This document shows, one piece after another, positions 46,572 through 59,457 of a stretch of DNA of 64,000 bases. Under the pieces are notes generated by a model. That model searched no databases and was not told the DNA's origin. It saw nothing but the letters and a program-made list of their open reading frames with translations. Numbering within the stretch: position 1 is the first letter of the stretch; every line of letters starts with the position of its first letter. The DNA comes from an uncultured Lentisphaeria bacterium (lineage in GTDB: Bacteria; Fidelibacterota; UBA8477): the NCBI GenBank assembly GCA_964543125.1, contig CAZIWX010000002.1, positions 26 to 64,025 of the forward strand, written 5' to 3'. Made by a program: the position numbers and the translations under genes.

Positions 46572-47264
46572 ATGAAGCATTCAAAGCGTTATTCAGAAAT
46601 CCGGAAGAAAATCGACCGGTATGCCGAATATACTCTCGAAGACGGGATTCGGTTGCTGAAAGACAGCGCCACGGCAAAATTCGATGAATCAGTCGAAATC
46701 GCCGTGAATCTTGGTGTCAATCCAAAATACGCTGACCAGATGGTACGCGGAACGGTTTCTTTGCCTCACGGTACGGGAAAAAATACGCGGGTTCTGGTTC
46801 TTGCTAAAGGTCCCAAGGCGGAAGAGGCGCAGGCCGCCGGCGCCGATTATGTGGGATTTGAGGAGTATATTCAAAAACTAAAAGACGGTTGGTCGGATGT
46901 GGATGTCATCATCACCACACCGGATAATATGGCCGAGGTTGGTAAGCTGGGCCGGATTTTGGGACCCCGGGGGTTAATGCCCAATCCCAAAAGCGGGACT
47001 GTATCCATGGATGTTAGCGGGGCCGTGAAGGCATCCAAAGCTGGCAGAATTGAATTTCGAACCGATAAATATGGTATTGTCCACTCCAGTGTGGGTAAAA
47101 CTTCGTTTGAAATTGATAAGCTTGCAGACAATGTGAATGCGTTTTTACGCACTTTGGTCAGTATGCGTCCCTCCGGAGCCAAGGGCCAGTATCTGAAGCG
47201 GGTAACCGTGAGTTCCACCATGGGTCCCGGAATAAAAATTGACCGTTCAACAATGAAGGCCTAA
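46572..47264 (+). CDS. rplA: 50S ribosomal protein L1
   Basis: 230 aa, typical L1 sequence, in the conserved position after rplK. Confidence 0.93.
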   Translation: MKHSKRYSEIRKKIDRYAEYTLEDGIRLLKDSATAKFDESVEIAVNLGVNPKYADQMVRGTVSLPHGTGKNTRVLVLAKGPKAEEAQAAGADYVGFEEYIQKLKDGWSDVDVIITTPDNMAEVGKLGRILGPRGLMPNPKSGTVSMDVSGAVKASKAGRIEFRTDKYGIVHSSVGKTSFEIDKLADNVNAFLRTLVSMRPSGAKGQYLKRVTVSSTMGPGIKIDRSTMKA

Positions 47265-47287
47265 GTACTGGTTGAGGAGCGAAATTC

Positions 47288-47815
47288 ATGGCAAATAAAA
47301 AAAATGTTCAAGCGGTAGATGTTCTCGAAGAAAAACTCGGGAAGGTAACTTCTGCTTTTTTTACGGATTATATGGGCTTGAATGCAGAGGAGATGAACAG
47401 GCTGCGTTCGAAATTCTATGAGGCCGGGATCGAGTATCGGGTGGTAAAGAACACACTCATGGCTTACACCGTTAAGAAACTTGGTTTCGATGGCATGGAA
47501 GAGGTATTGAAAGGTCCGACGGCAGTAGCTCTGGGTTATGAAGACCCAACGGCTGCAGCGCGTGTAATCAAAGACTTCTTAAAAGGGATTGGCAAGGTTA
47601 AACAAAAGCCGTCGGTTAAAGGAATAATTTTCGATGGAGATGTTCTGGATGTCAAACGGTTCCTTGAAATCGCCAATCTCCCCGGACGAGAAGAATTGTT
47701 AGCCAGGTTCTTAGGTGAGCTGCAGTCTCCTTTACAAGGATTGATGAGTGTGCTGCAGGCTCCGATGAGAGACCTGGTTGGCGTGTTGACATCATTAAAA
47801 GATACGAAGAATTAA
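47288..47815 (+). CDS. rplJ: 50S ribosomal protein L10
   Basis: 175 aa, in the conserved rplJ-rplL position. Confidence 0.9.
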   Translation: MANKKNVQAVDVLEEKLGKVTSAFFTDYMGLNAEEMNRLRSKFYEAGIEYRVVKNTLMAYTVKKLGFDGMEEVLKGPTAVALGYEDPTAAARVIKDFLKGIGKVKQKPSVKGIIFDGDVLDVKRFLEIANLPGREELLARFLGELQSPLQGLMSVLQAPMRDLVGVLTSLKDTKN

Positions 47816-47837
47816 TCCTGAAGGAGGTAATTCACTC

Positions 47838-48215
47838 ATGGCTGTAAAGCGTGAAGATGTTTTGGCCTATCTTGAATCGGCCAATATGCTTGAGATTTCT
47901 GATCTGATAAAAGAAATCGAAGAGAAGTTCGGTGTTACCGCTGCTGCTCCGGTAGCAATCGCTGCCGGCGCCCCAGCTGCTGCGGTAGAGGAAGTTGAGG
48001 AACAGACAGAATTTGATGTCGTTCTTGAAGCAGCCGGTGACAAGAAGATCAATGTGATTAAGGTTGTCCGTCAGGTCACCGGCCTTGGTTTGAAAGAAGC
48101 CAAAGACGTGGTCGACAAGGCTCCTAACAAAGTGAAGGAAGCCATTGCCAAGACGGAAGCCGAAGAACTGAAAAAACAGTTGGAAGAAGCTGGCGCCACT
48201 GTCTCGATCAAATAG
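47838..48215 (+). CDS. rplL: 50S ribosomal protein L7/L12
   Basis: 125 aa with an Ala-rich flexible hinge ([21 protein letters not shown]). The C-terminal domain ends ...[10 protein letters not shown]. Confidence 0.95.
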   Translation: MAVKREDVLAYLESANMLEISDLIKEIEEKFGVTAAAPVAIAAGAPAAAVEEVEEQTEFDVVLEAAGDKKINVIKVVRQVTGLGLKEAKDVVDKAPNKVKEAIAKTEAEELKKQLEEAGATVSIK

Positions 48216-48239
48216 GTTCGATTTACAGGGTTTCCTACC

Positions 48240-48276
48240 GGAAAGCTCGTGTTCGGATTTCGGCCACGAGCTTTCC
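48240..48276 (+). promoter_or_regulatory. Stem-loop between rplL and rpoB (candidate partial terminator or attenuator)
   Basis: A perfect 12-bp inverted repeat, GGAAAGCTCGTG at 48240-48251 and CACGAGCTTTCC at 48265-48276, encloses a 13-nt loop. There is no immediate U-tract; a T6 run lies about 15 nt downstream. Confidence 0.45.
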
Positions 48277-48330
48277 CACTATGAAATAAGGGTCGTTTTT
48301 TCCATCCACCCATAGCGTTGGAGGTGGCAT

Positions 48331-51300
48331 TTGTCACAAACAACTACCATTCCACGGCAGTCTTTTTCAAGACTTGGATCCAAATTGGATTTGCCGGATT
48401 TGCTGGATGTTCAGGTAAGTTCATTTCTTGACTTTGTTCAGGAGCGTGTTCGTCCGGAAGCTCGGGAAACAAAAGGACTTGAAGCAATTTTTCGTTCCGT
48501 GTTTCCCATTGAAGATACTCACGGAAATTACATGCTGGAGTATGTTTCTTATACGGTTGGTAAACCACGGTACAGCATTGAAGAATGTCTGGATCGAGGG
48601 GTCACCTTCTCCGTTCCAATAAAAGTCAAACTGATCCTGCATGCTACCGAAGAAGGTGCGGAAGCCCAGGATTACAGCAAGCACATCGAACAGGAAATAT
48701 TCTTCGGTAATATTCCTTATATGACCGAACGCGGGTCCTTCATCATTAATGGCGCCGAACGTGTAATCGTCTCCCAGATTCAACGTTCACCGGGGGTGTT
48801 CTTTGAACAGAGTACGCACCCCAACGGTACCCGCTTGTATTCAGCTCGTTTAATTCCCTTTCGAGGAAGCTGGCTGGATTTCGCTACGGATATCTATGAT
48901 GTGATCCATGTGCTGATTGACCGCCGGCGAAAATTCCCCGTAACCCTCCTGCTCCGTGCCATGGGCTTTGGTACCAACGCCGATATCATGGAAGCTTTTG
49001 GTGTTGTCCGGGAGCTTCGATTAGCGGATAATGTGGGCCTGAAGGACTATTATGATGTCCCCGTGCCCGTGGACGTGGTGAATAAAGAGACCGGCGAAGT
49101 ATACCTCGAGGCTGGCGAAAAACTGACCCGTGAAAGAGTCCGGAGCCTGAAGAAACAGGGCGTCAAAGGTGTCATGGTGGTCAAAGATACGAGTGATCTC
49201 AAATTTGAATTGCTGGCCAATACCCTGAGCAAGGATAAATCCGCCGACCATGCTGATGCATTAAAGATTTTTTACACGGAAATGCGCGGTGGTGAGCCGC
49301 CAAATCTGGATATGGCTGACAAATTCCTGTTCCGCCTGTTTTTCGACCCCAAGAAATACGATTTGGGTGAGGTCGGCCGTTATCGGATGAACAAGAAATT
49401 CGGTATCGAGCTACCTATGGACCAACGCGTATTAACCAAAGATGATCTGATCATGACGATCAATTATCTCATCGAAATGCGTAAGGGTGAGCGCGGTACC
49501 GACGATATCGATCATTTGGGTAATCGGCGTGTCCGGACCGTGGGTGAACAAATCGGAAACCAGTTTTCCGTAGCATTAACCCGGATGGCACGCACCATCA
49601 AAGAACGTATGAATGTACGTGATACAGAGAATCTGACCCCCCAGGATCTAATCAATTCACGCATTGTAACTTCAGTGATCAATTCGTTCTTCGGAACCAA
49701 CCAGCTCTCCCAGTTCATGGATCAGACCAATCCGCTGTCGGAAATCACCCATAAGCGTCGCTTGTCCTCTTTGGGGCCGGGTGGTTTGACGCGAGAACGA
49801 GCCGGATTTGAAGTGCGAGATGTGCACTATACGCATTATGGCCGCCTCTGTCCCATTGAAACCCCTGAAGGTCCGAATATTGGTTTGATATCGTCACTCT
49901 CGACCTACGCGGTGGTAAATAAACTGGGATTTATCGAAACACCCTACCGAAAACTTATCAACCATAACGGTAAAGCCCGAGTCACCAAACAGATCGAGTA
50001 TCTCTCGGCGGATGATGAAGACCGGGTAACCATTGCACAAGCCAACACGGTTGTTGATGAAAATAATTATATAAATGAAGACAGAGTGCGTGTCCGGATT
50101 CGTGGTGATTTCCCCATGGTCAATCCCCAGGAGGTGACCTACATGGATGTATCACCCCTCCAGATCGTTTCCCCGGCCGCAGCGCTGATTCCCTTTCTGG
50201 AAAATGATGATGCCAATCGGGCCCTCATGGGTTCAAACATGCAGCGTCAGTCGGTGCCACTTCTGTGGCCGGAAGAACCCATTGTGGGTACTGGATTTGA
50301 ATCCATCATTGCCCGTGATAGTCGTGCCATGTTGGTTTCAGATGTCAAGGGTGTGGTGAAAAAAGTCTCGGCTGACGAGATCACCATTAAGGTTACCAGG
50401 CGGGTTGATCAGGATACAACGCTGGGCGAGCAACCCGGATTTGTGACCTATAAACTGAAGAAATATGCCCGGAGCAACCAGGATACGGCCATCAATCAAC
50501 GGCCGATCGTCCAGGCTGGCGACCGGGTCAATGTGGGTGATCCTTTAGCTGATGGTATGAGTATTCATAACGCCGAGCTGGCTTTGGGTCGTAATGTCAT
50601 GGTTGCTTTCATGCCTTGGCGTGGATACAACTTTGAGGACGCAATTGTTATGTCCGAGCGCTTGTTGAAAAATGACTACTTCACCAGTCTTTACATGAAG
50701 GACGTGGAACTGGAGGTTCGTGAAACCAAACGCGGTGAAGAAGAACTGACCCGGGATATTCCCAACGTCAGCGAAAAAGATACCCGTAATCTGCAAGAGA
50801 ATGGTATTGTCCGCGTGGGCGCCGAAGTCCAGGCGGATGATATCCTGATTGGAAAAGTAACCCCCAAAGGTGAGACTGATCCAACACCCGAAGAAAAGTT
50901 GTTACGTGCTATTTTTGGTGAAAAAGCCGGTGATGTGAAAGACGCTTCCAAGCGAGCCGAGCCGGGCATCAATGGTGTTGTTATTGATACCAAATTGTTT
51001 ACTCGTAAAGGCCGTGAATCTCGCAAGGATGAAAAGCGAAAGCTGGATGCTCTGAAGCAAAAAGCAACGCTGGATAAAGCCAGCCTTACTAAACGCCGGA
51101 ACGAAAAACTCCACAAACTTCTGGCAGGCCAATTAACCGCTCAGGTTGTGGATCGGACCGGCCGGGTGATTGCCAAAGCCGGGATCGAACTCGACAAAGA
51201 CAGCATTGGCGCTTTAAACATCGAACGGGTCGATCGGAATTATCCCATTATTCAGGATACCGATATTAATGACAAAGTTGTTGCACTGCTCAACGATTAT

Positions 51301-52107
51301 GACCGTTTATACTATAATATTGAACAGACTTACGAAAACGATGTCTACAAGTTAAAGGTTGGGGATGACTTGCAACCGGGTGTCATTCAATTGGCCAAGG
51401 TGCTCATTGCAACCAAACGAAAGGTTTCAATCGGCGATAAAATGGCTGGTCGTCATGGGAATAAAGGTGTGGTGGCAGCAATTGTCCCCGAAGAAGATAT
51501 GCCCTTTATGCCGGATGGCCGTCCTGTTGACATCGTATTGAATCCACTGGGTGTTCCATCCCGAATGAATCTCGGTCAGCTCTACGAAACCATGTTAGGT
51601 TGGGCGGGTGATATTCTCGGTGTGCATTATGAAACGCCTGTGTTTGACGGCGCTACCGTGAAAGATGTTCAGGATGAAATGAAGAAAGCTGGTTTGCCAG
51701 TTAGCAGTAAAACTAAACTTATCGATGGCCAAACCGGTAATTTTATCGAAAATCCGGTGGCGGTTGGTGTGATCTATATGATGAAGCTGAGCCATCAGGT
51801 GGATGATAAGATCCATGCTCGCTCCACGGGTCCTTACTCATTGATTACGCAGCAACCTTTGGGCGGTAAAGCCCAATTCGGTGGGCAACGTTTCGGTGAA
51901 ATGGAAGTGTGGGCATTGGAAGCTTACGGTGCCGCTCATACGCTACAGGAAATGCTTACGGTTAAATCTGATGATGTGGAAGGCCGTTCCCGGTTGTACA
52001 ACGCCATTGTGAAAGGCGAAAACATGCCTGATTATGGCACGCCGGAATCCTTTAATGTCCTATTGCGTGAAATGCGTGGTTTGGGTTTAGACCTCGAACT
52101 CAAATAA
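48331..52107 (+). CDS. rpoB: DNA-directed RNA polymerase subunit beta
   Basis: 1258 aa. The start codon is TTG at 48331, with GGAGGTG 4 nt upstream. Conserved beta-subunit regions run throughout. Confidence 0.97.
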   Translation: MSQTTTIPRQSFSRLGSKLDLPDLLDVQVSSFLDFVQERVRPEARETKGLEAIFRSVFPIEDTHGNYMLEYVSYTVGKPRYSIEECLDRGVTFSVPIKVKLILHATEEGAEAQDYSKHIEQEIFFGNIPYMTERGSFIINGAERVIVSQIQRSPGVFFEQSTHPNGTRLYSARLIPFRGSWLDFATDIYDVIHVLIDRRRKFPVTLLLRAMGFGTNADIMEAFGVVRELRLADNVGLKDYYDVPVPVDVVNKETGEVYLEAGEKLTRERVRSLKKQGVKGVMVVKDTSDLKFELLANTLSKDKSADHADALKIFYTEMRGGEPPNLDMADKFLFRLFFDPKKYDLGEVGRYRMNKKFGIELPMDQRVLTKDDLIMTINYLIEMRKGERGTDDIDHLGNRRVRTVGEQIGNQFSVALTRMARTIKERMNVRDTENLTPQDLINSRIVTSVINSFFGTNQLSQFMDQTNPLSEITHKRRLSSLGPGGLTRERAGFEVRDVHYTHYGRLCPIETPEGPNIGLISSLSTYAVVNKLGFIETPYRKLINHNGKARVTKQIEYLSADDEDRVTIAQANTVVDENNYINEDRVRVRIRGDFPMVNPQEVTYMDVSPLQIVSPAAALIPFLENDDANRALMGSNMQRQSVPLLWPEEPIVGTGFESIIARDSRAMLVSDVKGVVKKVSADEITIKVTRRVDQDTTLGEQPGFVTYKLKKYARSNQDTAINQRPIVQAGDRVNVGDPLADGMSIHNAELALGRNVMVAFMPWRGYNFEDAIVMSERLLKNDYFTSLYMKDVELEVRETKRGEEELTRDIPNVSEKDTRNLQENGIVRVGAEVQADDILIGKVTPKGETDPTPEEKLLRAIFGEKAGDVKDASKRAEPGINGVVIDTKLFTRKGRESRKDEKRKLDALKQKATLDKASLTKRRNEKLHKLLAGQLTAQVVDRTGRVIAKAGIELDKDSIGALNIERVDRNYPIIQDTDINDKVVALLNDYDRLYYNIEQTYENDVYKLKVGDDLQPGVIQLAKVLIATKRKVSIGDKMAGRHGNKGVVAAIVPEEDMPFMPDGRPVDIVLNPLGVPSRMNLGQLYETMLGWAGDILGVHYETPVFDGATVKDVQDEMKKAGLPVSSKTKLIDGQTGNFIENPVAVGVIYMMKLSHQVDDKIHARSTGPYSLITQQPLGGKAQFGGQRFGEMEVWALEAYGAAHTLQEMLTVKSDDVEGRSRLYNAIVKGENMPDYGTPESFNVLLREMRGLGLDLELK

Positions 52108-52120
52108 AAGGGGTAGTCCT

Positions 52121-55100
52121 TTGATTAATAAAATAGTCAACGATTTTTCCGAAATTACAATCCGTTTAGCTTCACCCGAAAGTATCCTCGGTGAATCGCA
52201 CGGAGAAGTCCTTAAACCGGAAACGATTAACTATCGTTCCTATAAACCCGAAAAAGACGGGTTGTTCTGCGAGCGGATTTTCGGGCCGGTGAAGGATTGG
52301 GAATGTCATTGCGGTAAATACAAACGCATCCGGTACAAAGGCATTATTTGTGATCGGTGTGGTGTGGAAGTAACGCGTAAAAAAGTTCGCCGCGAACGCA
52401 TGGGGCATATCACCCTGGCCGTCCCGGTGGTTCATACCTGGTATTTAAGATCGATTCCTTCCACGCTGGCGCATACCTTGGGAATGTCAACGAAGAATCT
52501 GGAACGGATTATCTATTACGAATCCTATGTCGTTATCTCGCCGGGTAAAGCAGATGTTCAGATAGGTGATATCCTGGATGAAGAAGAATTCATTGAACAG
52601 GATGCTATGTACGGCCCGGATGCCGTCGGCGCGGATGAGGAGAATGTTTTCGTTGCCAAAACCGGGGGCGAAGCTATCCGTCAGATGCTCCAGGAATTAG
52701 ATATTAAAAAAACCATGATGAGACTGAAAGAGCTGGTCGCTACCACTCGCAGCGCACAGAAAAAATCCGATGCCCTGAAACGATTGCGAATCATTAAGGC
52801 TTTTGATACACCCGCCAATAGTACGCCCAATAGACCGGAATGGATGATCCTCACAGTCTTGCCGGTGATTCCGCCGGAATTGCGGCCCCTGGTGCCATTG
52901 GATGGCGGACGGTTTGCAGCCTCCGATTTAAATGACCTGTACCGTCGCGTCATTATCCGTAACAACCGGTTGCGGCAATTAATGGAAATCAAAGCCCCGG
53001 ATGTGATTCTGCGGAATGAAAAACGCATGCTGCAGGAATCGGTGGATGCGTTGTTCGATAACAGTCGTAAACTCAGCGCCGTCCGAAGCGGGACTCGCCG
53101 CCCCTTAAAATCACTCTCGGATATGTTGAGTGGGAAACACGGCCGTTTCCGTCAAAACCTTTTGGGTAAGCGCGTGGATTATTCCGGTCGTTCGGTAATT
53201 ATCGTGGGTCCGAAATTAAAACTGCACGAGTGTGGTTTACCCAAAGAAATGGCCATTGAGCTGTTCAAACCCCACATCATTTCAGAACTGCTGGTGCGCG
53301 GGTATGCCAAAACGCCGAAACAAGCGAAAGTAGCTGTTGAACGCAAGGTTCCGGAAATCTACGATGTGTTGGAATACGTTGTAAAAGACCATCCGGTTCT
53401 GCTCAACCGGGCGCCAACACTGCACCGTTTGGGTATTCTGGCCTTCCAGCCAATTTTGGTGAATGGCCGCGCCATTCGTCTGCATCCGCTCGTGTGTTCG
53501 GCTTTCAATGCCGACTTTGACGGTGACCAGATGGCAGTACATCTTCCGCTTTCACCGGAAGCCCAGGCTGAAGCCCGTTTGCTGATGCTTTCCAGTCACA
53601 ATATTCTCCATCCGGCGCATGGTAATCCCATCACGATTCCTTCTCAGGATATGGTTCTCGGAACCTACTTCATCACTAAAACCCGGATCGGCGACAAGGG
53701 CGAAGGAATGATTTTTAGTTCGGCGGATGAAGTTCTGCTGGCGGTGGACAATGATGTATTGAGTCTCCACGCCAAAATCAAGCTCCGGCGGAATGGTGAA
53801 ATCATTGAAACCTGCGCCGGTCGAGTTTTGTTTAATAATACTTTACCTCCCAATGCAGACTTCGTGAATGAACTTATCACGAAAAAAAGGTTAGAGCGCG
53901 TCATTGGTGATGTGTTTAAAATTCACGGTAATTTCCAGACCGTACAGTTCCTGGATCGTCTGAAAGCGCTGGGCTTTGAATACGCCACGCGCTCGGGAAT
54001 ATCCATCGGGATTTCCGATGTCATTATACCTAAGAAAAAGCAGGAATTGTTGGATCGCGCTTTCCGGGAAGTTGGCCGGGTTATGGATGCCCGTAAACAT
54101 GGCTTACTGACTGAAGGAGAGCGGTACAATAAAGTCCTCGATATTTGGACTCACACGACCAACCAGGTAGCCTTCCAGATGATGGAGGAAATGCGTACCG
54201 ACCAGGAAGGTTTCAATTCCGTCTTTATGATGGCTGATTCCGGAGCTCGCGGGTCTCAGGATCAAATTAAACAGTTGGCTGGTATGCGTGGATTGATGGC
54301 CAAACCTCAGAAATCAATCAAAGGTGGTCATGGCGAAATCATTGAAACACCGATCACCTCAAATTTCAAAGAGGGCCTATCGGTGTTGGAATACTTTATT
54401 TCCACCCATGGTGCGCGTAAAGGATTGGCTGATACGGCTTTAAAAACAGCGGACGCCGGCTATCTGACTCGTCGTCTCGTGGATGTAGCCCAGGACGTGG
54501 TTATTCGCGAACTCGACTGCGGCACTATCAACGGTATTGATGTGCTTGCTCTGAAACAGGGCGAGGAAATTATTGAACCCCTGCGCGATCGTATCGTTGG
54601 CCGTGTCGTTCAGGAAGATGTTTTTGATCCTCTCAGTGATGAACTCATTGTTGAAGCGGGTACTTTGCTGACTGAAGATATTTCCGATAAGATTCAGGAT
54701 GCCGGAGTTGAGACCGTTCGGATCCGGTCCGTACTCACTTGCGAAAGCGAGTTTGGTGTGTGTGCCAATTGCTATGGTCGTAATCTGGCCACCGGTAAAT
54801 TAGTGAAAGGTGGCGAGGCGGTCGGTATTATGGCTGCCCAATCCATTGGTGAGCCCGGAACCCAGTTGACTCTGCGGACCTTCCACATCGGTGGCACGGC
54901 TGCCCGTATCATCGAAGAGAGTGAGCTACGCGCCAAATTCTCCGGTAAAATCAAATTTTCGGCATCTCTGAGAACGGTGAAAGCACCAGAAGGTGAAGGC
55001 GAAATCGCACTCGTTCGCAATGCTCAGTTAGAAATTTTAGATGAGGATAACCGCACGCTCACCAAAGCGAATGTGCCCTATGGCGCCATTCTAGCAGTCT

Positions 55101-56386
55101 CTAACGGTGCTGAAGTCAAAAAAGATGAAATCCTGTTCCGTTGGGATCCCCGGGTTGACCTGATCCTGGCGCTTTCCGCCGGCTATATCCACTTTGTGGA
55201 AATGGAAGAAACCGTTACCTACACGGTTGAATCCGGTGAAACGGGTCGTAAAGAACGCACCATTATTGATGCTCGCGACAAAAAAATGTCACCCCGCATT
55301 GAGTTGGTGGACAAAACGGGCAACCTTGTTATGAAGGAAGTCGTTTTGCCGGTGGGTGCTGTGTTTATGGTGGATGATGGTGAATTTGTCGAAGCCGGTG
55401 TCAGCCTGGCAAAGATCACACGCGAAAAAGTTAAAACCCGTGATATCACGGGAGGGCTCCCCCGGGTGGCTGAACTTTTCGAAGCTCGAAATCCAAAGGA
55501 TCCCGCCGTGGTTACCGAGGTTGACGGTGTCGTCAGCTACGGAGAGTTAAAACGCGGCGTTCGGATGATCTATGTGGAAACGCCTGAAAATGTGAAATAT
55601 GAATATACCATTCCTTATGGCCGCCATGTGATTGTCCACGAGGACGATTTGGTAAAAGCCGGTGATCGTCTTTGCGAAGGCCCGATTGCCCCGCGGGATA
55701 TTCTTAAAATCCGGGGTGAGCGTCAAGTGCAGGAATATCTGGTGAATGAAATTCAGGAAGTCTACCGCCTACAGGGAGTCCGTATCAATGACAAACATAT
55801 TGAAGTAATCGTTCGCCAAATGATGCAGAAAGTCCAGATTGAATCTCCGGGTGATACTGATTTTCTACCACAGGATAAGATCAACCGGATTGAGTTCCGG
55901 AAGGTTAATGATAAGACGTTACAGAAGTTAATTGTGGAAAACCCAGGTGATTCCGAATATCTCGAGGGTCAGTTGGTAGATCGAGAAGAGGCTAATGTGA
56001 CAGCCAATCAGATTAAAGACGATGGTGGTGATATCCCGAAATTTCGGGATGCGGAAGCTGCAACCCATACGCCACTGTTGTTGGGTATAACCCGGGCTTC
56101 CTTGAACACCGAAAGCGTGTTTTCAGCCGCCTCCTTCCAGGAAACAACGCGGGTCCTTACGGATGCCGCAATTCATGCCAAAACAGACACTCTCCGTGGC
56201 CTAAAAGAGAATATCATCGTTGGAAGATTGATCCCGGCCGGTACGGGTTTACACAAATTCCAGGAAATTGCCGTGGAGGGACCGGAAAACGAATTAGCCC
56301 TACAAATTCTTGACGCGCAAAAGGCTCGCGAAGAAGCGAAACTCGCTGCCATGCGCCAGGAAGCAGAGGAGGAAGAGGCTGTCTAA
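52121..56386 (+). CDS. rpoC: DNA-directed RNA polymerase subunit beta'
   Basis: 1421 aa. The start codon is TTG at 52121. The zinc-finger cysteines [20 protein letters not shown] are present and the catalytic NADFDGD is present. Confidence 0.97.
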   Translation: MINKIVNDFSEITIRLASPESILGESHGEVLKPETINYRSYKPEKDGLFCERIFGPVKDWECHCGKYKRIRYKGIICDRCGVEVTRKKVRRERMGHITLAVPVVHTWYLRSIPSTLAHTLGMSTKNLERIIYYESYVVISPGKADVQIGDILDEEEFIEQDAMYGPDAVGADEENVFVAKTGGEAIRQMLQELDIKKTMMRLKELVATTRSAQKKSDALKRLRIIKAFDTPANSTPNRPEWMILTVLPVIPPELRPLVPLDGGRFAASDLNDLYRRVIIRNNRLRQLMEIKAPDVILRNEKRMLQESVDALFDNSRKLSAVRSGTRRPLKSLSDMLSGKHGRFRQNLLGKRVDYSGRSVIIVGPKLKLHECGLPKEMAIELFKPHIISELLVRGYAKTPKQAKVAVERKVPEIYDVLEYVVKDHPVLLNRAPTLHRLGILAFQPILVNGRAIRLHPLVCSAFNADFDGDQMAVHLPLSPEAQAEARLLMLSSHNILHPAHGNPITIPSQDMVLGTYFITKTRIGDKGEGMIFSSADEVLLAVDNDVLSLHAKIKLRRNGEIIETCAGRVLFNNTLPPNADFVNELITKKRLERVIGDVFKIHGNFQTVQFLDRLKALGFEYATRSGISIGISDVIIPKKKQELLDRAFREVGRVMDARKHGLLTEGERYNKVLDIWTHTTNQVAFQMMEEMRTDQEGFNSVFMMADSGARGSQDQIKQLAGMRGLMAKPQKSIKGGHGEIIETPITSNFKEGLSVLEYFISTHGARKGLADTALKTADAGYLTRRLVDVAQDVVIRELDCGTINGIDVLALKQGEEIIEPLRDRIVGRVVQEDVFDPLSDELIVEAGTLLTEDISDKIQDAGVETVRIRSVLTCESEFGVCANCYGRNLATGKLVKGGEAVGIMAAQSIGEPGTQLTLRTFHIGGTAARIIEESELRAKFSGKIKFSASLRTVKAPEGEGEIALVRNAQLEILDEDNRTLTKANVPYGAILAVSNGAEVKKDEILFRWDPRVDLILALSAGYIHFVEMEETVTYTVESGETGRKERTIIDARDKKMSPRIELVDKTGNLVMKEVVLPVGAVFMVDDGEFVEAGVSLAKITREKVKTRDITGGLPRVAELFEARNPKDPAVVTEVDGVVSYGELKRGVRMIYVETPENVKYEYTIPYGRHVIVHEDDLVKAGDRLCEGPIAPRDILKIRGERQVQEYLVNEIQEVYRLQGVRINDKHIEVIVRQMMQKVQIESPGDTDFLPQDKINRIEFRKVNDKTLQKLIVENPGDSEYLEGQLVDREEANVTANQIKDDGGDIPKFRDAEAATHTPLLLGITRASLNTESVFSAASFQETTRVLTDAAIHAKTDTLRGLKENIIVGRLIPAGTGLHKFQEIAVEGPENELALQILDAQKAREEAKLAAMRQEAEEEEAV

Positions 56387-56393
56387 AATGCCC

Positions 56394-56422
56394 TTGACTG
56401 CCCCCGGGCAACGGGTTATTAT
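56394..56422 (+). promoter_or_regulatory. Candidate str-operon promoter TTGACT-N17-TATTAT upstream of rpsL
   Basis: -35 at 56394-56399, a 17-nt spacer, and -10 at 56417-56422. The rpsL ATG is at 56448. Confidence 0.4.
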
Positions 56423-56447
56423 TGGCGGCTTTTTTAAAGGAGTATAA

Positions 56448-56819
56448 ATGCCAACGATTAATCAGCTTGTTCGCAAGGGTAGAAAAGCCCTGTTGCGCAA
56501 GCCAAAAGCACCAGCGCTAAAGCAAAGTCCCCAAAAAAGAGGGGTGTGCACACGCGTCTACACAACGACCCCTAAAAAGCCAAATTCGGCTCTACGTAAG
56601 GTCGCGCGTGTTCGCCTGGTTAACGGGATGGAAGTGACTGCCTACATACCAGGTGAAGGTCATAATTTGCAGGAACACTCCATCGTATTGATCGAAGGTG
56701 GTCGTGTAAAAGATCTGCCGGGTGTGAGATACCACATCATTCGTGGTACTTTGGATACTTCAGGTGTTGAGAACCGGCGTCAAAGTCGTTCCCGTTATGG
56801 TGCAAAACGGCCGAAATAA
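56448..56819 (+). CDS. rpsL: 30S ribosomal protein S12
   Basis: The translation [12 protein letters not shown]...[11 protein letters not shown] matches S12. Confidence 0.97.
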   Translation: MPTINQLVRKGRKALLRKPKAPALKQSPQKRGVCTRVYTTTPKKPNSALRKVARVRLVNGMEVTAYIPGEGHNLQEHSIVLIEGGRVKDLPGVRYHIIRGTLDTSGVENRRQSRSRYGAKRPK

Positions 56820-56832
56820 GTGGTGATAGACA

Positions 56833-57297
56833 ATGCGTAGACGAAAAGCAGTAAAAAGAAAAATCATTCCCGATCCGATATTTGGTGACGTGATAGTAGC
56901 GAAATTCATCAATAATCTGATGCGCCGGGGTAAAAAAGGTTTGGCGGAGCATATATTTTTTGGTGCCCTGGATATTATTAAGCAGCGGACAAAACACGAT
57001 GGCCTGGATATTTTCCGGAAAGCGGTTGAGAATGTTGCACCGGTTGTTGAAGTGCGTTCCAAACGAGTTGGCGGAGCTACTTATCAGGTCCCAATTGAGG
57101 TTCGTCAGGATCGGCGGATGGCATTAGCGCATCGTTGGATCATTCAATACGCTAAAAATCGTTCGGGCAAGACCATGGCTGACCGCTTGGCGGCAGAGTT
57201 GATTGCGGCTTCCGGCGGTGATGGTGGTGCTGTGAAAAAACGGGAAGAGACCCACCGGATGGCTGAAGCTAATAAAGCTTTCGCTCACTTCCGCTAA
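56833..57297 (+). CDS. rpsG: 30S ribosomal protein S7
   Basis: 154 aa, in the conserved position after rpsL. Confidence 0.95.
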   Translation: MRRRKAVKRKIIPDPIFGDVIVAKFINNLMRRGKKGLAEHIFFGALDIIKQRTKHDGLDIFRKAVENVAPVVEVRSKRVGGATYQVPIEVRQDRRMALAHRWIIQYAKNRSGKTMADRLAAELIAASGGDGGAVKKREETHRMAEANKAFAHFR

Positions 57298-57348
57298 ACT
57301 ATGATCTAAACCAGCAGAACTTTAAGAACAGAATGTTACAGGTAACCT

Positions 57349-59436
57349 TTGAAATCCGTTGATCTAGCAAAAGTTCGCAATATCGGTATCATGGCTCATA
57401 TTGATGCTGGTAAGACCACTACGACCGAGCGGATTCTGTATTATACCGGCCGCCTGCACCGGATGGGTGAAGTACACGATGGTGCCGCTACCATGGATTG
57501 GATGGAACAGGAGCGTGAACGGGGTATTACCATCACCTCCGCCGCGACAACGGTTTTTTGGCATGATCATCGTATCAATATCATCGATACACCGGGACAC
57601 GTGGATTTTACAGCCGAGGTTGAAAGATCATTACGGGTGCTGGATGGTTCAGTGGCTTTGTTCTGTGCCGTGGGCGGCGTCGAGCCCCAGAGTGAAACAG
57701 TTTGGCGGCAAGCTGATAAATACGGGGTTCCCCGCATCGCTTTTATAAACAAAATGGATCGTGTGGGTGCTGATTTTTATAATGTATTAGACATGATGAA
57801 AAAACGTTTGGGTACCAATCCGGTACCCATTGTTTTGCCTATCGGGACCGGCGAAATATTTAATGGATTGGTAGATCTCATTTCCGAGAAATCCATCCTT
57901 TATAACGAGTCCTCCCTGGGAGCTCGCTTTGAGTACGGTGATATTCCCAAAGACATGGAAGAGGTCGTAAAAGAATTTCGACGCCGTTTAATGGAAGAAG
58001 TTGCGTCATACGACGATGCGCTGCTCGAAAAATACCTTGAAGGTGAAGAGCTTGCCGTTGATGACGTGAAAGCAGCTATCCGAAAAGCCACATTGGATGG
58101 GGCTATGGTGCCCGTGTTTTGTGGTTCGGCTTTTAAAAATAAGGGCGTTCAACGATTACTGGATGCTATTCTGGATTATTTACCTGCTCCGGTGGATTTG
58201 CCGGCCATCGAAGGTACCGATCCTGACCACCCTGAAAAAAAGCTCCTGCGTCACCCTGATATAGAAGAACCCTTTGCCGGATTGGCATTCAAAATCATGT
58301 CTGATCCTTATGTGGGGAAGTTGACCTTTGTTCGCGTGTATTCTGGTCAAGTAAAAACCGGTGAAACAATTTTAAATGTGGCCAGCCGAAAACGCGAGCG
58401 TATTGGACGATTGTTGATTATGCATGCCAACAAACGTGAAGAGCGCGACCATCTCGATACGGGTGAAATCGGGGCTGTCGTCGGCTTGAAAAATGTGCGA
58501 ACCGGGGATACGCTCTGCAATCAAAAACACCCCATATTACTAGAGTCGATGGTATTCCCCGAACCAGTTATTTCTGTGGCAATTGAGCCGGAATCCAAGG
58601 CAGATAACGATGCTTTATCCGTTGCCCTCTCCAAACTGGCGGATGAAGACCCGACTTTTCATGTTATGCTGGATCATGAAACCGGACAGACCATCATTAA
58701 GGGAATGGGTGAGCTCCACCTTGAGATAATTGTAGATCGTCTGCTGCGGGAGTTCAAGGTTCATGCCCGGGTCGGTCGTCCGCAGGTCGCTTACACGGAG
58801 GCCATTACTCAAGAGGTCGAGCAGGACACACGCTTTGTTCGTCAATCGGGTGGCCGTGGTCAATATGGTCACGTAAAAATTCGTATTCGCCCCAGTGAGT
58901 CTGGCAAAGGCTATTTGTTTGTAAATAAAATTGTGGGTGGCGCCATTCCGCGTGAATACATCCCCTCCGTTGACCGCGGCATACAGGGCGCACTGAAAAA
59001 TGGTGTCTTGGCCGGTTATCCGCTGGAAGATATTCAGGTTGAGCTCATTGATGGAAGTTACCACGAGGTTGATTCTTCCGAAATGGCTTTCAAAATCGCA
59101 GGTTCCATGGCAATCCAGGAGGCTTGTAAAAAAGCTGGGCCGGTGTTAATGGAGCCTATAATGGCAGTCGAAATTGTAGTGCCGGAAGAATATTTAGGCG
59201 AAGTTATGGGCGATGCCACATCGCGCCGGGGTCAGATTCAAGGCATGACACCTCGGCGGGATGCACAGGTTGTGAATGTGCATGTGCCCTTGGCTAATAT
59301 GTTTGGTTATGCGACGGATTTGAGGTCGCTTACCCAAGGACGAGCGGTCTATACGATGCAGTTTGACCATTACAATAAGATCCCGTCCAGCGTTTCAGAT
59401 GAAATTTTAGAGAAAGTTAAAGGGAAAAAATCCTAA
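57349..59436 (+). CDS. fusA: Elongation factor G
   Basis: 695 aa. The start codon is TTG at 57349. The G-domain motif AHIDAGKTT is present. Confidence 0.97.
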   Translation: MKSVDLAKVRNIGIMAHIDAGKTTTTERILYYTGRLHRMGEVHDGAATMDWMEQERERGITITSAATTVFWHDHRINIIDTPGHVDFTAEVERSLRVLDGSVALFCAVGGVEPQSETVWRQADKYGVPRIAFINKMDRVGADFYNVLDMMKKRLGTNPVPIVLPIGTGEIFNGLVDLISEKSILYNESSLGARFEYGDIPKDMEEVVKEFRRRLMEEVASYDDALLEKYLEGEELAVDDVKAAIRKATLDGAMVPVFCGSAFKNKGVQRLLDAILDYLPAPVDLPAIEGTDPDHPEKKLLRHPDIEEPFAGLAFKIMSDPYVGKLTFVRVYSGQVKTGETILNVASRKRERIGRLLIMHANKREERDHLDTGEIGAVVGLKNVRTGDTLCNQKHPILLESMVFPEPVISVAIEPESKADNDALSVALSKLADEDPTFHVMLDHETGQTIIKGMGELHLEIIVDRLLREFKVHARVGRPQVAYTEAITQEVEQDTRFVRQSGGRGQYGHVKIRIRPSESGKGYLFVNKIVGGAIPREYIPSVDRGIQGALKNGVLAGYPLEDIQVELIDGSYHEVDSSEMAFKIAGSMAIQEACKKAGPVLMEPIMAVEIVVPEEYLGEVMGDATSRRGQIQGMTPRRDAQVVNVHVPLANMFGYATDLRSLTQGRAVYTMQFDHYNKIPSSVSDEILEKVKGKKS

Positions 59437-59457
59437 ACAGGGGTTTGGAGGACTTTC

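Noticed and set aside
48344-57800. Numerous 60-150-aa ORFs on both strands inside rpoB, rpoC and fusA
   Set aside because: All are nested within long, highly conserved essential genes. They are frame artefacts.
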